DNA from: a virus
Lineage: Duplodnaviria > Heunggongvirae > Uroviricota > Caudoviricetes
Reading direction: 5' to 3' (one strand)
Virus record (IMG/VR): IMGVR_UViG_3300002835_000086
DNA length: 64,000 nt
Shown: positions 1 through 10,056 of the stretch, piece by piece
Layout: every line of letters begins with the position of its first letter
How positions within the stretch are numbered: the stretch's first letter is position 1
Made by a program: the position numbers and the translations under genes
The notes under the pieces: generated by a model
Databases searched by the model: none
What the model was told of the DNA's origin: nothing
The model's input: the letters and a program-made list of their open reading frames with translations, nothing else

Positions 1-390
1 ATTTTTATCCCATATGTAAACCATAGAATCATTATCATTCATTCTATCCCTACATAATCTATGGTGTCCATCTATTACAATTAGTTTTCCCTTGTGTTTG
101 TATAAATGAATATCTTTTTTATCATATGTTTCATCGGACATATCATTTACGTAGTCCATATTAATATCCTTTTGAACACTATAAACTTTCTTTGTTGGTG
201 ACAATCTTTGTTTTTTTGGGTTAAGTGTGTGTATTAATTCATCACTATCATTTACCACCATATCAAAAATGTTTGTGGATTCTAAATCTTTTTTTAATTC
301 AGGTTCGTACATAATTCCACAGTCTTTATGACTTTCGGTTATCATCCCCATCATTGATTGTATTCTTGATATTTGTTCTTGTAGGTTCAT
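1..390 (-). CDS. ParB-like (ParB/Srx-fold) nuclease-domain protein, N-terminal part; the gene continues beyond the window start
   Basis: ATG at 388-390 overlaps the stop of the upstream gene (TAATG). The minus frame is open to position 1. My translation contains the motif KLIVIDGHHRL, typical of ParB/sulfiredoxin-fold domains. Confidence 0.4.
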   Translation of the reverse strand, partial: MNLQEQISRIQSMMGMITESHKDCGIMYEPELKKDLESTNIFDMVVNDSDELIHTLNPKKQRLSPTKKVYSVQKDINMDYVNDMSDETYDKKDIHLYKHKGKLIVIDGHHRLCRDRMNDNDSMVYIWDKN

Positions 391-1175
391 TACTTTTTAT
401 TCTTAACACAGTTAGGATATCTTTTACCAAACATCGTCTTCATACCTTTTTGAGTATATCCTTTCCAACATCTTTCAGTAATCTCGGTCTCACTTAACGA
501 ACCTTTTAATTCATCTGCTTGTCGAGCTCGTAATTTCATCAAATACATTCGTTCAATCCACTCATCAGGCTCTTTTTGAAGTTCATCCTTCTTAAATAAA
601 GTATTTGGAATAATAAAGTCAATCATTTCGTCTTTGGTAATACCTTCAGGTTTTGTTGGTGGTGGAACACACACACTATTCATTTCTTGGTCTACAGATA
701 TCTCATCAACATCAATATCATCCCTACCAACTATTTTATTTACCTCATCCAATTGTGTATCTTCAAACCACTGAAGCATCAAGTGAGTCAAATAAGTCCC
801 TCTAAGTGATAGAATATTTAAAGTTTCTTTGAACTTACCTTTTGGTATAAATAACGTTCCTGATATAAATGCTCGTTCCATCATTTTTCTTGGGTCATCC
901 CACACACTTTCATCGTTGTGGAAAAATAATGCCAATTCCATTATAATTTTCCCGTCCTTACACCATTCCAAATCGTATCTTGTCTCATAATGTTTTATAA
1001 GATATACATTGGAACCCTCAACATACTTATTCAGAATGTTATAAACCACTTTTTCTATATTAGGCGTAGGCTTAGTATATTTGGACCTAATCTGTTCCAT
1101 CAATATTTCTTTAACACAATTCGTCAAGTTCATAATAATAAATACTTGGTTAATATTTATATTAACAATAGCCAC
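390..1175 (-). CDS. hypothetical protein
   Basis: 261-aa ORF in the minus-strand gene array; no motif recognised. Confidence 0.5.
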   Translation of the reverse strand: MAIVNININQVFIIMNLTNCVKEILMEQIRSKYTKPTPNIEKVVYNILNKYVEGSNVYLIKHYETRYDLEWCKDGKIIMELALFFHNDESVWDDPRKMMERAFISGTLFIPKGKFKETLNILSLRGTYLTHLMLQWFEDTQLDEVNKIVGRDDIDVDEISVDQEMNSVCVPPPTKPEGITKDEMIDFIIPNTLFKKDELQKEPDEWIERMYLMKLRARQADELKGSLSETEITERCWKGYTQKGMKTMFGKRYPNCVKNKK

Positions 1176-1215
1176 CCTGTTATCAGGGCAATTTAGGACC
1201 GTTACCGTTTCGGTA

Positions 1216-1246
1216 ACAAAAAAAAGGGGAATTCGCTACTCCCCTT
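1216..1246 (-). terminator. rho-independent terminator (GGGGA/TCCCC hairpin plus T-run on minus strand)
   Basis: Hairpin aggggaattcgctactcccct at 1226-1245 followed, on the minus strand, by 8 T. It lies just 3' of the 1248..1871 gene. A perfect 7-bp inverted repeat GTTACCG-TTT-CGGTAAC sits at 1201-1217. Confidence 0.6.
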
Positions 1247-1247
1247 T

Positions 1248-1871
1248 TTATTTTAAACTCTCAGGTAAATAAAGTAATGTTGGGTTTTTCTTTTGAATAT
1301 CAACATCAGGATATCTTTCCTTGAATTTCATTGTATTGAAGGGTTGTGTGATGATGTGTACCCCACTCCTTGTTTTAATGTATGTCATAAATGTATCCCT
1401 ACCATCTTCCTTATGTAACTCATTAATGAATTCTCTCATAGAAGTGTAATAACTGTTATGTGCAAAGTTATCAAGACTTACATTGTCAATATCAATAACC
1501 CAACGTTTCTCTTGTGTTTTAATTTGACCAACAACAGAATCAAACAGGTGTTGTTGTTTTAGGTTTCCGTCCTGAATTCTTTGAGCAAGGGCGACCATCA
1601 TATTCAATGATACATCTTTGTGGTTTTGCTTTTGAACGTGAATATATGCACGAGCTTTGAACATCTCACAGAGTTGTTTAATCTCTTCATATCGTTTTTC
1701 AAGATACTCAATACTACTAACACAATATGTTTTAATAGTCCTAACCGATTGGTGATTATCTCTTTCACCTTCAGGTTGGTCTTTCTTTCTCTTGAAGACA
1801 TAGAGCATATAAAAATCACCCTCGTTTTCGAAGTTAAGTAGTTGTTTTATTTGTAGTATATTATCTATCAT
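1248..1871 (-). CDS. hypothetical protein
   Basis: 207-aa ORF, terminator immediately downstream. Confidence 0.55.
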   Translation of the reverse strand: MIDNILQIKQLLNFENEGDFYMLYVFKRKKDQPEGERDNHQSVRTIKTYCVSSIEYLEKRYEEIKQLCEMFKARAYIHVQKQNHKDVSLNMMVALAQRIQDGNLKQQHLFDSVVGQIKTQEKRWVIDIDNVSLDNFAHNSYYTSMREFINELHKEDGRDTFMTYIKTRSGVHIITQPFNTMKFKERYPDVDIQKKNPTLLYLPESLK

Positions 1872-1874
1872 AAA

Positions 1875-2117
1875 TTATTTTATAAATGTATTATAAATTG
1901 CGGAGTTGGCAATAAAAAATGCACACCAACCTAAAATACTCATAACCACCACATATCCAACATAAAGTTCATCTTTATTGTCGAATTGAAATTTTAAATA
2001 TTCTTTGAATGATTTCATATCAACAAGTTTACTGACGGTCCAATGCATCAACAAAACCTCCAATACACCAACTAAAATTAAAATAAACAATACCATCATT
2101 TCCATATTTTTTTCCAT
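1875..2117 (-). CDS. small membrane protein (2 TM)
   Basis: 80 aa with two hydrophobic helices. It is followed by two further unannotated micro-ORFs on the minus strand (about 2098-2211 and 2226-2324), each a single predicted TM helix. Confidence 0.4.
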   Translation of the reverse strand: MEKNMEMMVLFILILVGVLEVLLMHWTVSKLVDMKSFKEYLKFQFDNKDELYVGYVVVMSILGWCAFFIANSAIYNTFIK

Positions 2118-2377
2118 CGGTTTTTAATTTCATCACCGTAACAAATAACAACCCCCAGTAAAAATATACCAAGAACCGTCCCTATAATTGTGTAAAAGTG
2201 TTCAGGTCTCATAATCTATAATTTAAAAAAGTTTATCGTACAACCATCTGAATACATAATCGACTCCTCTAAAGATAACGTAAACAAGACAATAAAGTAG
2301 GAGGAGGTAGATTAAAATCATACCACAAAGATATAATCTTATTTTGATATAACCAACACGACCACTATTTATTTTTA

Positions 2378-2650
2378 ATGGATAACGCAATCGTCATAAA
2401 AAAACTACTACTAGCCCTTTTGAGGAGACAGTACCCCGAAATTGTTGATGTCGTAGTTAGTGTTAGAAAGGACCCTATGTTAGAATATCGCACAGATTAT
2501 TTTATCTACATTGGAGTCGCTTATAAGGACTTGTTAAATATCAATGCAAGTAAAATGATGAACGATGCCAGAGAAATTGTTTACGATGTTGCAGGAGGAA
2601 GAAATAGTTTTAATAGCGTTTCAATTCAAACCTATGACCCGAATAATTAA
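2378..2650 (+). CDS. hypothetical protein
   Basis: 90-aa plus-strand ORF, convergent with 2647..3078. Confidence 0.35.
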   Translation: MDNAIVIKKLLLALLRRQYPEIVDVVVSVRKDPMLEYRTDYFIYIGVAYKDLLNINASKMMNDAREIVYDVAGGRNSFNSVSIQTYDPNN

Positions 2651-3078
2651 GTTGTTGAATTAATCGACTCAGCAATCATCTTTTTAAATTTTGTCGTACT
2701 CCATCCGTGAGAACGATTTAAATAATGAATGTCAATTGGAAGTTCCTTACCAGTAAAGTCTTTATCTTTGTAATCATCACCCAGGAATCTCACACCAGGA
2801 CTTACTTTCAAAATAAGTTCAACCAATTCTTTTTCTGTTGTGTAGGTTGAGACCTCATTAACGTATTTAAGTGATAACAACATTTTGACTCTCTCCTCAA
2901 CACTTAGGATTGGTTTTAACTTCTCAGGTCTTTCGATGGTTGGGTCAGTGTGCAACAACACGTGGACCCAATAACAATGTTCTTTCATCTCTTTGAACAT
3001 CTCGATATATCCAGGATGGATAACATCAAAATTACCAGCAATCACACCAATACTATACTTCTCACTATTTGGTTTCAT
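2647..3078 (-). CDS. cytidylyltransferase-family nucleotidyltransferase (TagD / RfaE domain II-like)
   Basis: N-terminal GxFDxxHPGY motif (GNFDVIHPGYIEMF) followed by VHVLLHTD, matching the HxGH nucleotidyltransferase fold of glycerol-3-P cytidylyltransferase and ADP-heptose synthase. Confidence 0.6.
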   Translation of the reverse strand: MKPNSEKYSIGVIAGNFDVIHPGYIEMFKEMKEHCYWVHVLLHTDPTIERPEKLKPILSVEERVKMLLSLKYVNEVSTYTTEKELVELILKVSPGVRFLGDDYKDKDFTGKELPIDIHYLNRSHGWSTTKFKKMIAESINSTT

Positions 3079-3087
3079 AAAATAAAA

Positions 3088-3486
3088 TTAAAAATGGTTC
3101 CTATAAAAATAAATTATGTCAGGAAACCTCTCAAATATCTTTGCCGTGACATCACATAACCACAGGTCTAAATTATAATCTATCGAGTAAATTGATGGTA
3201 ACACATACCAAGCACCACCAATTTCTTTTTTACCGTCTTTAGTCTTAATCAAAGTGTATGATGCTTTCATTTTCTCATCCGACAAGGTACACTTGAACTC
3301 ACTATCACCTTGAGCAATTAATTCACAGAGATAGTCAGCACCTGATATCATCTCGAGTTCGTCAATATCACCTTCCCATTTGGGAATGTCCACAAACCAT
3401 CTGCTTTCAGGGGTTTTATAAAATCTATATGTTACTTCCATATTCTTGAGATTTGTTTTCTCAGAGGGGTTTTTATAATTATACAT
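3088..3486 (-). CDS. hypothetical protein
   Basis: 132-aa ORF. Confidence 0.45.
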   Translation of the reverse strand: MYNYKNPSEKTNLKNMEVTYRFYKTPESRWFVDIPKWEGDIDELEMISGADYLCELIAQGDSEFKCTLSDEKMKASYTLIKTKDGKKEIGGAWYVLPSIYSIDYNLDLWLCDVTAKIFERFPDIIYFYRNHF

Positions 3487-3504
3487 TATTAAAAAAAAAG
3501 TTTC

Positions 3505-3550
3505 AACTTGTTTGGGTAGATTAAACGGTAAAAACTTATATTTGTGGGTA
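3505..3550 (+). promoter_or_regulatory. Bacteroidetes-type promoter (TTG ... TATATTTG) upstream of the 3564 gene
   Basis: TATATTTG at 3537-3544 matches the TAnnTTTG -7 element, about 20 nt before the ATG at 3564, with a TTG about 30 nt further upstream. Confidence 0.4.
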
Positions 3551-3563
3551 TTTATCTTTAACT

Positions 3564-4457
3564 ATGAGTGATTACAGACAATATATTACGGAATCCGTAA
3601 ATTTGCGTGACTATTTAACAGATTCTGATTACGAGATTATATTTTATGATATGTTGAGGGATTTTGCCTTCGAGAGAAATCCAAAGTTATCTCGTAGAAT
3701 CAATATGTCATATCTAATGACTAATTTTTTAGATAGTTTTATTAAACACTATAATTTGGATAAGAATAAAACACGTTATAGTCCAAGAGGTATTCCTGCA
3801 ATTTATGGTCGTGAACTTTATGACGCAGGTTTATATGAAGTATCAATTTATTCACCTGAGAAAAAATTTACAGACACGTTCAAAAGATATTTAAATTGGT
3901 CAATATCAAAAATGAATATACCTAAAGAAGTTAATTACACCGTAACTGAAGAAATACCTAATAATGTAGAATTCCGTACATTTATAAATTATGAAGATAT
4001 TGTTAAATCAGGCCAAGTAAATCCCGAAATTTTAAAATACACGTCTCGTTCATATTCATCTCCATTTAACAAATTAGTTAGTGACTTGAAGTCTGAGCTA
4101 AACCTAAAGAAGGGTAACCCAACTGAAGGAGGTATACAATTTAACGTATACGAAACAGAATATACTGGCCGTCAGGAGTGGACTCAAAAATTCCTTAAAC
4201 AACTTAGAAAATTTGTCAAGTCAAACGAGTTTTTAAAAGACAAGGTTAAAGCAATTAAACTAAAAGAAAACAACTACAGAATGAACCTCGACATAATTTT
4301 AAATAACCCTGACCAATACACATCTTGGCATAGTCGTAGTGAAAATAGAGAAAAATTACAAAATATTTTCACCGTTATTAAAGATTACATTGAAGGTGAA
4401 GGATATAGTTTATCAGTATTTGAAATAGATTCACCTACTATGAGAAAACACTTTTAA
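3564..4457 (+). CDS. hypothetical protein (plus-strand island with its own promoter and terminator)
   Basis: 297-aa ORF on the opposite strand to its neighbours, bracketed by the promoter motif and a bidirectional terminator. Confidence 0.55.
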   Translation: MSDYRQYITESVNLRDYLTDSDYEIIFYDMLRDFAFERNPKLSRRINMSYLMTNFLDSFIKHYNLDKNKTRYSPRGIPAIYGRELYDAGLYEVSIYSPEKKFTDTFKRYLNWSISKMNIPKEVNYTVTEEIPNNVEFRTFINYEDIVKSGQVNPEILKYTSRSYSSPFNKLVSDLKSELNLKKGNPTEGGIQFNVYETEYTGRQEWTQKFLKQLRKFVKSNEFLKDKVKAIKLKENNYRMNLDIILNNPDQYTSWHSRSENREKLQNIFTVIKDYIEGEGYSLSVFEIDSPTMRKHF

Positions 4458-4462
4458 ATAAA

Positions 4463-4492
4463 AACCCCCACTTTAAGTGAGGGTTTTTTGTT
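4463..4492. terminator. bidirectional rho-independent terminator (CCCCCAC...GTGAGGG family)
   Basis: aaaacccccactttaagtgagggtttttt lies between the convergent genes 3564..4457 (+) and 4493..4714 (-). Confidence 0.65.
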
Positions 4493-4714
4493 TTACCAAG
4501 ATTCAACATCAGTTAAATCAATTTCAACCTTAGCCAGGTGACTATAAACCACAAGACCATTTCCAATTCCTGTTGGAGTTATTTTCCAAGTGAATGTACC
4601 ATATTCTCCATAAATCGCTTTAATGTGTGATAACCATTCGTCATACATTTCCTGTTGTTTCTCATTAAGTTCCTCGTGAATTACAGTTTTTCTTATTTTA
4701 TTCTCTTCCATCAC
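4493..4714 (-). CDS. hypothetical small protein
   Basis: 73 aa; ATGA overlap with the RNA ligase gene upstream. Confidence 0.4.
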   Translation of the reverse strand: MMEENKIRKTVIHEELNEKQQEMYDEWLSHIKAIYGEYGTFTWKITPTGIGNGLVVYSHLAKVEIDLTDVESW

Positions 4715-5724
4715 TTCTCGTTTAATAAGAATTTATTACTGATTGCTTTGAAACTTATTTTGGTATCGTAAGACCTAACCACAACACCTTCACGTTCAGT
4801 ATTCCTGTTTAATACGGAACTACCTTCAGCATATTTTAACATACCTTCAACAGAATTTGGTAACAAGAAGTCCATCTCCAAGAAAGGAACATAATCAAAA
4901 CCACAATTCTCCATAAGGTCAACAAACTTTGGCATAGTATATCTAACACCATTATCAATGTCAAAGGCGTTGAAGAACTTTACCATCTGACCTTTAATTT
5001 TGTATGGGTTACCCTGAATACCTTCACCAATTAATTCACCTTGTAAACAAACGTTTTTGCCCAATGAACTTAACTTTTCTTCTATGTTCATTTCACGAGC
5101 AACTTTCCAAAAAGTATTACCTTCAGTTTCTAAAAGTTCCAAATTACGAGAACAAACACCAAACTCACCTTTTCTAAAGTAGAATGTTGCAGATGAACCA
5201 TCCAACTTTTCAGTTACGTAAAATTTGTGTTCACTCCTGTAACACATCGCAGAGTATTCAACAGAGATGTTCTGAACCCTTTCCTCATCAGTTTTGTGTA
5301 AGAACGATGGGAACGGACCTTTGACTTTACCAGCAAGTTCTGCGGGGATTGGTGGTTCGTATTTAACGATACCCAATCTCTCGGTAACATCAAGACCCTC
5401 ATAAGCTGTCCAACCAAAGTCCCCGAAGACACTCATAGGTAAGATTAAACCTTGTGAAACTTGTCCACGAAGTTTAATGGTTTTTAAACGGAAACCTTCT
5501 TGGTCACCCATTTTTTTGTAAGACGATTTACGCAAGAACTCGAAATCTTCTTTGATTGGTAGGAATGAATCAATCTCACAGTATACACACAAGTCACCAG
5601 GTTCGTATTCACCTTTCTTGGTAACAACCTTCCAACCTCCTACAACGGCAACTTCAATCGCATCGGCTCCGACGATTTCTTGGATGTCAGTAACTTTTCT
5701 AATAGACGCTAATTTTCTTTCCAT
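4711..5724 (-). CDS. ATP-dependent RNA ligase (RNA_ligase / Rnl family nucleotidyltransferase)
   Basis: Nucleotidyltransferase motif I as VTEKLDGSSATFYF (the K-x-DG lysine adenylation site), in a 337-aa protein of typical phage RNA ligase length. Confidence 0.75.
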   Translation of the reverse strand: MERKLASIRKVTDIQEIVGADAIEVAVVGGWKVVTKKGEYEPGDLCVYCEIDSFLPIKEDFEFLRKSSYKKMGDQEGFRLKTIKLRGQVSQGLILPMSVFGDFGWTAYEGLDVTERLGIVKYEPPIPAELAGKVKGPFPSFLHKTDEERVQNISVEYSAMCYRSEHKFYVTEKLDGSSATFYFRKGEFGVCSRNLELLETEGNTFWKVAREMNIEEKLSSLGKNVCLQGELIGEGIQGNPYKIKGQMVKFFNAFDIDNGVRYTMPKFVDLMENCGFDYVPFLEMDFLLPNSVEGMLKYAEGSSVLNRNTEREGVVVRSYDTKISFKAISNKFLLNEK

Positions 5725-5750
5725 ATGTTTTTTTTACAAACATACGGATT

Positions 5751-6440
5751 TTATCTGATTTTACCAACACTAAACCCGTCGCTATCTACAACAATCCCTG
5801 TTCTTTTGAAGAAATTTTCATAGAAGTAGTCATTTAATTCATCTTGTATCTCCATACTAACTTCCCATCCAATCTCCTCATCATTAACAACATCTTTCAA
5901 ATTTCTAGGTTCATAGTCACCTGTCATAACTAAACTAACAGTACCATCTACGATTGCCCAAAAATCAATTCGTTTTAAATCTTCATTTACGTGGTAGTTT
6001 TTTATTTTGAAGTCAAAGTTGTATCCACCACTTTCTACGTGATGTTTTGATAACAAAAAGTCTAAATTATTTTTAATTATATTATCAAAACCACCCAACA
6101 CATTTCTAATTAAAATATGACGAGCTTTTTCAAGAGTCATCCCATTTTTACCAATAAAAAACTCTTTGAATGTGTCATCCAATAAAGGTCGTTTAGTTAA
6201 AACTCTTTTAACAGTCTCATCGAATGATGTGTCTTCATTGATTGGATTTGGTTGGTTATCGTGCCAACACTTATGACAAATGTATGTGTCATCACCACCT
6301 TCAGATATCTTCCAAGACCACCCACAATTATCACATATAACCTCACCATTCTCAACTTTTTCGGTAAGTAATGTCATAACTTGTTTTATACGTGAAATGT
6401 CTTCAGATAGTCTCATATTAATAAATATCCCTATCACCAA
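5751..6440 (-). CDS. hypothetical protein with N-terminal zinc ribbon
   Basis: CDNCGW...CHKCWH motif near the N-terminus; otherwise unrecognised. Confidence 0.45.
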   Translation of the reverse strand: MVIGIFINMRLSEDISRIKQVMTLLTEKVENGEVICDNCGWSWKISEGGDDTYICHKCWHDNQPNPINEDTSFDETVKRVLTKRPLLDDTFKEFFIGKNGMTLEKARHILIRNVLGGFDNIIKNNLDFLLSKHHVESGGYNFDFKIKNYHVNEDLKRIDFWAIVDGTVSLVMTGDYEPRNLKDVVNDEEIGWEVSMEIQDELNDYFYENFFKRTGIVVDSDGFSVGKIR

Positions 6441-7153
6441 TAACCAACATCTTTCTTAAAATGCTCAATGTTGTGTCTGTTAAAATAGTTGCTTATTACC
6501 AATCTAATCATTCCAAAATACCCCATCTTTAGAAATCTACGATTATCTTGCCCAACATAGTGTTTTGATATTTGGAACTTTTTTGGACTGTATTGTTTAC
6601 TGAGATGATAATCTTCTGAGTGTTGGAGCGTTTCATCGAACCCATCTGTACTGAAGAACGCACTACGAGTTGTCATAAAATAAGTCCCTAACGCAAACGG
6701 AACTTTCTTTTTCATAATGTGATTAATCCTGTTGAAAATCTTAAATATCATTTCACATTTAACATCACCATTTATACACCTAACATTACAAGTCAACAAA
6801 TCAAGGTTGTTATCCTCCATTTGTTTTAACGTGTCTTTTATTTGATTTGGGTTTAATAACGTTGAGTCAGCATCAAGGAATAAAATATATGGTGTAGTAC
6901 TTCTCATCGCACCTTGATTTCTCCCGTAAGCTACAGGACCACCATTAATCAACTCAATTTTGATTGTTGGCTCATAATAAGTTTTTAAAGACTTAACTAA
7001 GTCTCTTGTACCATCGGTGCTCTTAGCGTCTGCGACAATAACTTTAGTTCCCCAAATCCCATTTTGTGAAGCGATACTTGTAATTGTAGCATCAATATAC
7101 TTCCATTCATTATAGGATGGTATCACAATTGTTAGTTTATCTTTAATACTCAT
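6434..7153 (-). CDS. family 2 glycosyltransferase (GT-A fold)
   Basis: N-terminal LTIVIPSYNE, VIVADAKSTDGT and a LFLDADSTL DxD motif, classic GT2. Confidence 0.75.
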   Translation of the reverse strand: MSIKDKLTIVIPSYNEWKYIDATITSIASQNGIWGTKVIVADAKSTDGTRDLVKSLKTYYEPTIKIELINGGPVAYGRNQGAMRSTTPYILFLDADSTLLNPNQIKDTLKQMEDNNLDLLTCNVRCINGDVKCEMIFKIFNRINHIMKKKVPFALGTYFMTTRSAFFSTDGFDETLQHSEDYHLSKQYSPKKFQISKHYVGQDNRRFLKMGYFGMIRLVISNYFNRHNIEHFKKDVGYW

Positions 7154-7832
7154 TCAATTCAAATTTTCCGTTATTATAAATAATGTAGGATTTGTTTTCA
7201 ATCCAATCACCACAGTTAAGATAATGAACATCACTCACCATCTTATCAGATGGTTGATGTATGTGTCCACAAATCACTGTATCACATCCTCTCTTTTTCG
7301 CTTGGTAAGCCAATTGTTTCTCAAAGGATGTCATAAATTGTACCGCCTCTTTAACACTGTCTTTAAGGTATTTAGATAATGAAAACTTCATACCCATACC
7401 TTTTAGTTTTCTATCGACATAAATTGCTAAGTCATATCCCATTGAACCGATAACACCTAACCATTTCCACTTGACAACACCGTCATATAAATCACCGTGT
7501 GTTACAAAAACATTTTCACCAAACTTATATTCGTTGACGATTTTTATGTTACCGAAATCAATATCATCATACGACCTTAAGAAGTCATCGTGATTACCTG
7601 ATACGTAAATAACCTCAGTCCCATTCTTTGAGTAAGATAATATCTTTCTAATCACGTTTGTGTATGATTGTTTCCAATAAAATCTTTTTTTAAGTAACCA
7701 TCCATCTATAATGTCCCCCACCAAAAAAAGATATTTTGGTTCATACTTTTTAAGGACTTCAATTAGTTCTTCAGCGTTTACTCCTCGAGCACCCAAGTGA
7801 ACATCTGAGATAAACAACGCATCAATTTTCAT
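7143..7832 (-). CDS. calcineurin-like metallophosphoesterase (LpxH-like architecture)
   Basis: ISDVHLG ... GDIIDGW ... GNHDDF ... GHIHQ metal-binding motifs. Confidence 0.7.
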   Translation of the reverse strand: MKIDALFISDVHLGARGVNAEELIEVLKKYEPKYLFLVGDIIDGWLLKKRFYWKQSYTNVIRKILSYSKNGTEVIYVSGNHDDFLRSYDDIDFGNIKIVNEYKFGENVFVTHGDLYDGVVKWKWLGVIGSMGYDLAIYVDRKLKGMGMKFSLSKYLKDSVKEAVQFMTSFEKQLAYQAKKRGCDTVICGHIHQPSDKMVSDVHYLNCGDWIENKSYIIYNNGKFELNEY

Positions 7833-8049
7833 ATAACATTTTCATATATTTTTGTTTAATACCAATAGCTCTCTTTTTGTCAGAAAAGCTAACTTGGTTC
7901 GTCGATACGATACTTATAAAATCTTCAACATCACTGTCTTCAATATTTTCAAATATGAACGCAAGTTCAGTGTCATTCAGTCCATATGACTTTTTTAAAT
8001 ATTCATCAACAAGGTCGAAAAAAAACTGACTATCTTCTTGACTAACCAT
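7822..8049 (-). CDS. hypothetical small acidic protein
   Basis: 75-aa ORF, overlaps neighbours by a few nt in operon style. Confidence 0.35.
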   Translation of the reverse strand: MVSQEDSQFFFDLVDEYLKKSYGLNDTELAFIFENIEDSDVEDFISIVSTNQVSFSDKKRAIGIKQKYMKMLYEN

Positions 8050-8284
8050 TGAGTAATTCTTTTTCTCGTTTATTCATAATCTCCGACAATTTGTTTTCAT
8101 AAACTGTATGAAGTTCAAGGTTACACTGATATTGTAAATCATAATCGACTTTTTTATCTCGACTAAGATTTTTATCGTATAGAGTAATCAGTCTGTTTGC
8201 AGAATGAAGTTGTTTGAAATTTTCACAAGAGTTGATTACTTTAATAACCCAGTTCTTTAAATCTCCGTAGTGATTGCTAATCAT
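8042..8284 (-). CDS. hypothetical small protein
   Basis: 80-aa ORF. Confidence 0.35.
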   Translation of the reverse strand: MISNHYGDLKNWVIKVINSCENFKQLHSANRLITLYDKNLSRDKKVDYDLQYQCNLELHTVYENKLSEIMNKREKELLNG

Positions 8285-8374
8285 ATTAGTATAAATATTA
8301 AAATTGTTAGTGGTTCCAGTAAATTAACGTAAGGGTAATATTGAATCATCTTACCTTCTATATGTCCAATCATA

Positions 8375-8650
8375 TCATAAGTTGTTTAAAACCGCCTCCA
8401 ACATTTGGATGGCTTCTTTATCCTTCTTGGTCTTAACTTCTTTACTCTTGAGGTATTCCAAAGACGCAATAACCTCATCCTTCTTACTCATATTGGTATT
8501 CGCCGGCAGGTTATGAGTGTGTCCCATAACCGAACTGTAGGTGCGTTCAGGTAGGTCACCACCTTCATAAAGAACTTTATAAATTGTTGCAGTCATCACA
8601 GGGTCCTTGATGATTCTGTTAAGGAAATAAAAGGTAAGTAGTTTCTTCAT
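8375..8650 (-). CDS. hypothetical small protein
   Basis: 91-aa ORF. Confidence 0.35.
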   Translation of the reverse strand: MKKLLTFYFLNRIIKDPVMTATIYKVLYEGGDLPERTYSSVMGHTHNLPANTNMSKKDEVIASLEYLKSKEVKTKKDKEAIQMLEAVLNNL

Positions 8651-8851
8651 ATTGCTAAGATAGAAAAAATATTTTGATTAACCAAAATTATTCTTATTCC
8701 CATCTCCAATTATGTTGGTTCTCCACCAATTGTTAAACTTGGATTTTGGGAATACTCGGGCATTTTTTTCTAACACGACACCCAAAAATGATATCAGAAT
8801 AACAAACCCATAAAAAAATAAAATATAAACTAACGCGGTATTATTCATTCA

Positions 8852-9253
8852 TTAAAGTTTAATCTCAAATCTATCTCTCATAGATTGTAATTTATCTTCA
8901 GGAACACCGTGAGCGTTTACTCCACCGTGACGATTTTCTACGATGATTGAAAACACCTTGTAATCCCAATCTTTTGCCATATCAATGTAACTCTGCATTT
9001 CCCACTCCTGTGTAAATGTATTTGATACAACTATCACATTGTTCAACCCTGCGGTGTGATTTAAAATCATTGCAGTATTAACACTGTGTTGACACCACTC
9101 GTGGGCGTCTCTCAATTTAGAACCATCGAACTTATATTCACCATTGACCATAAAGTATTGGTCAGTCTCAAAGTGAGTCCCCCCCAAGTTTTTTGCCAAT
9201 GTTGATTTACCTGAACCAGGGACACCTCTAACTAAGTATAAAATCTTTTCCAT
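8852..9253 (-). CDS. P-loop kinase (AAA_33 / polynucleotide-kinase-like)
   Basis: Walker A GVPGSGKST at the N-terminus; at 133 aa it is the size of the stand-alone kinase modules that accompany RNA ligases. Confidence 0.6.
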   Translation of the reverse strand: MEKILYLVRGVPGSGKSTLAKNLGGTHFETDQYFMVNGEYKFDGSKLRDAHEWCQHSVNTAMILNHTAGLNNVIVVSNTFTQEWEMQSYIDMAKDWDYKVFSIIVENRHGGVNAHGVPEDKLQSMRDRFEIKL

Positions 9254-9552
9254 AGAACAAATATAATAAAAAAAACCTGAGAAGTCTCAGGTTTTTACTT
9301 TTTTACTAATTTCTTAGCCTCTTCTATCATCGCCTCAGTACTGCTGTACTTACACGGACAAGAAGGTCTACCGTTCTCTTTCAAGATTTGTTTTGCCTGT
9401 TCAAGTGTCATAACTGTTTCCTTTTAGTTCTTTTATGTATCGATTAATAATATCGTTGTTATTACTAATTCTGTCAAGGGTTTTTTTAACATTTACCCTG
9501 TTTCTTTTTGGTTTCCCCTCTTTTCTTGCCTTTGCCATACTCATAAATATGT

Positions 9553-9586
9553 TAAAAACAAAAAACCCCACCGTTAAGTGGGGTTC
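9553..9586 (-). terminator. rho-independent terminator (CCCCAC...GTGGGG hairpin)
   Basis: aaaaaaccccaccgttaagtggggtt lies immediately 3' of the PPIase gene on the minus strand. Confidence 0.6.
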
Positions 9587-9590
9587 AAGA

Positions 9591-10040
9591 TTAAATCAAT
9601 TCCATAGAATTGATTTGGTCACCTTGTTGGAGTTGGTCAATGATATCAACACCTTCAACAATCTTCCCAAAACAGGTATGATTACCGTCCAAGTGTTGGG
9701 TGTTCTGTCTATTGTGACAGATAAAGAACTGTGAACCTCCTGTGTTACGACCAGCGTGTGCCATTGAAAGAACACCTTTATCGTGGAATTGTTTTGGCGC
9801 TGTTACTTCACATTGGATTGTGTATCCAGGTCCTCCATTTCCAACACCGTTAGGACAACCACCTTGGGCAACAAATCCAGGAATCACTCTATGGAAATTA
9901 AGTCCGTCATAGAATTTCTTGTTAATCAAACTCTTAAAGTTTTCTACCGTGATTGGAGTTTCGTTGTCATACAACTCCGCAATCATATCACCTTTTGCTG
10001 TTGAGATTTTTACTTTACTCATATATCTTGTTTTTAACAA
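9591..10040 (-). CDS. cyclophilin-type peptidyl-prolyl cis-trans isomerase
   Basis: FHRVIPGFVAQGGCP.G.GNGGPGY, SMAHAGRNTGGSQFFI and LDGNHTCFGKIVEG match the cyclophilin signature regions. The true start is probably the Met at residue 7. Confidence 0.9.
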   Translation of the reverse strand: MLKTRYMSKVKISTAKGDMIAELYDNETPITVENFKSLINKKFYDGLNFHRVIPGFVAQGGCPNGVGNGGPGYTIQCEVTAPKQFHDKGVLSMAHAGRNTGGSQFFICHNRQNTQHLDGNHTCFGKIVEGVDIIDQLQQGDQINSMELI

Positions 10041-10056
10041 TGATAACTAAAAAATA

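Noticed and set aside
9435-9734. Plus-strand 99-aa ORF
   Set aside because: It lies antisense to and overlapping the well-supported cyclophilin gene and the terminator, with a hydrophobic low-complexity translation. Two tiny minus-strand ORFs (about 9294-9416 and 9405-9548) are more likely in this gap but too short to call.
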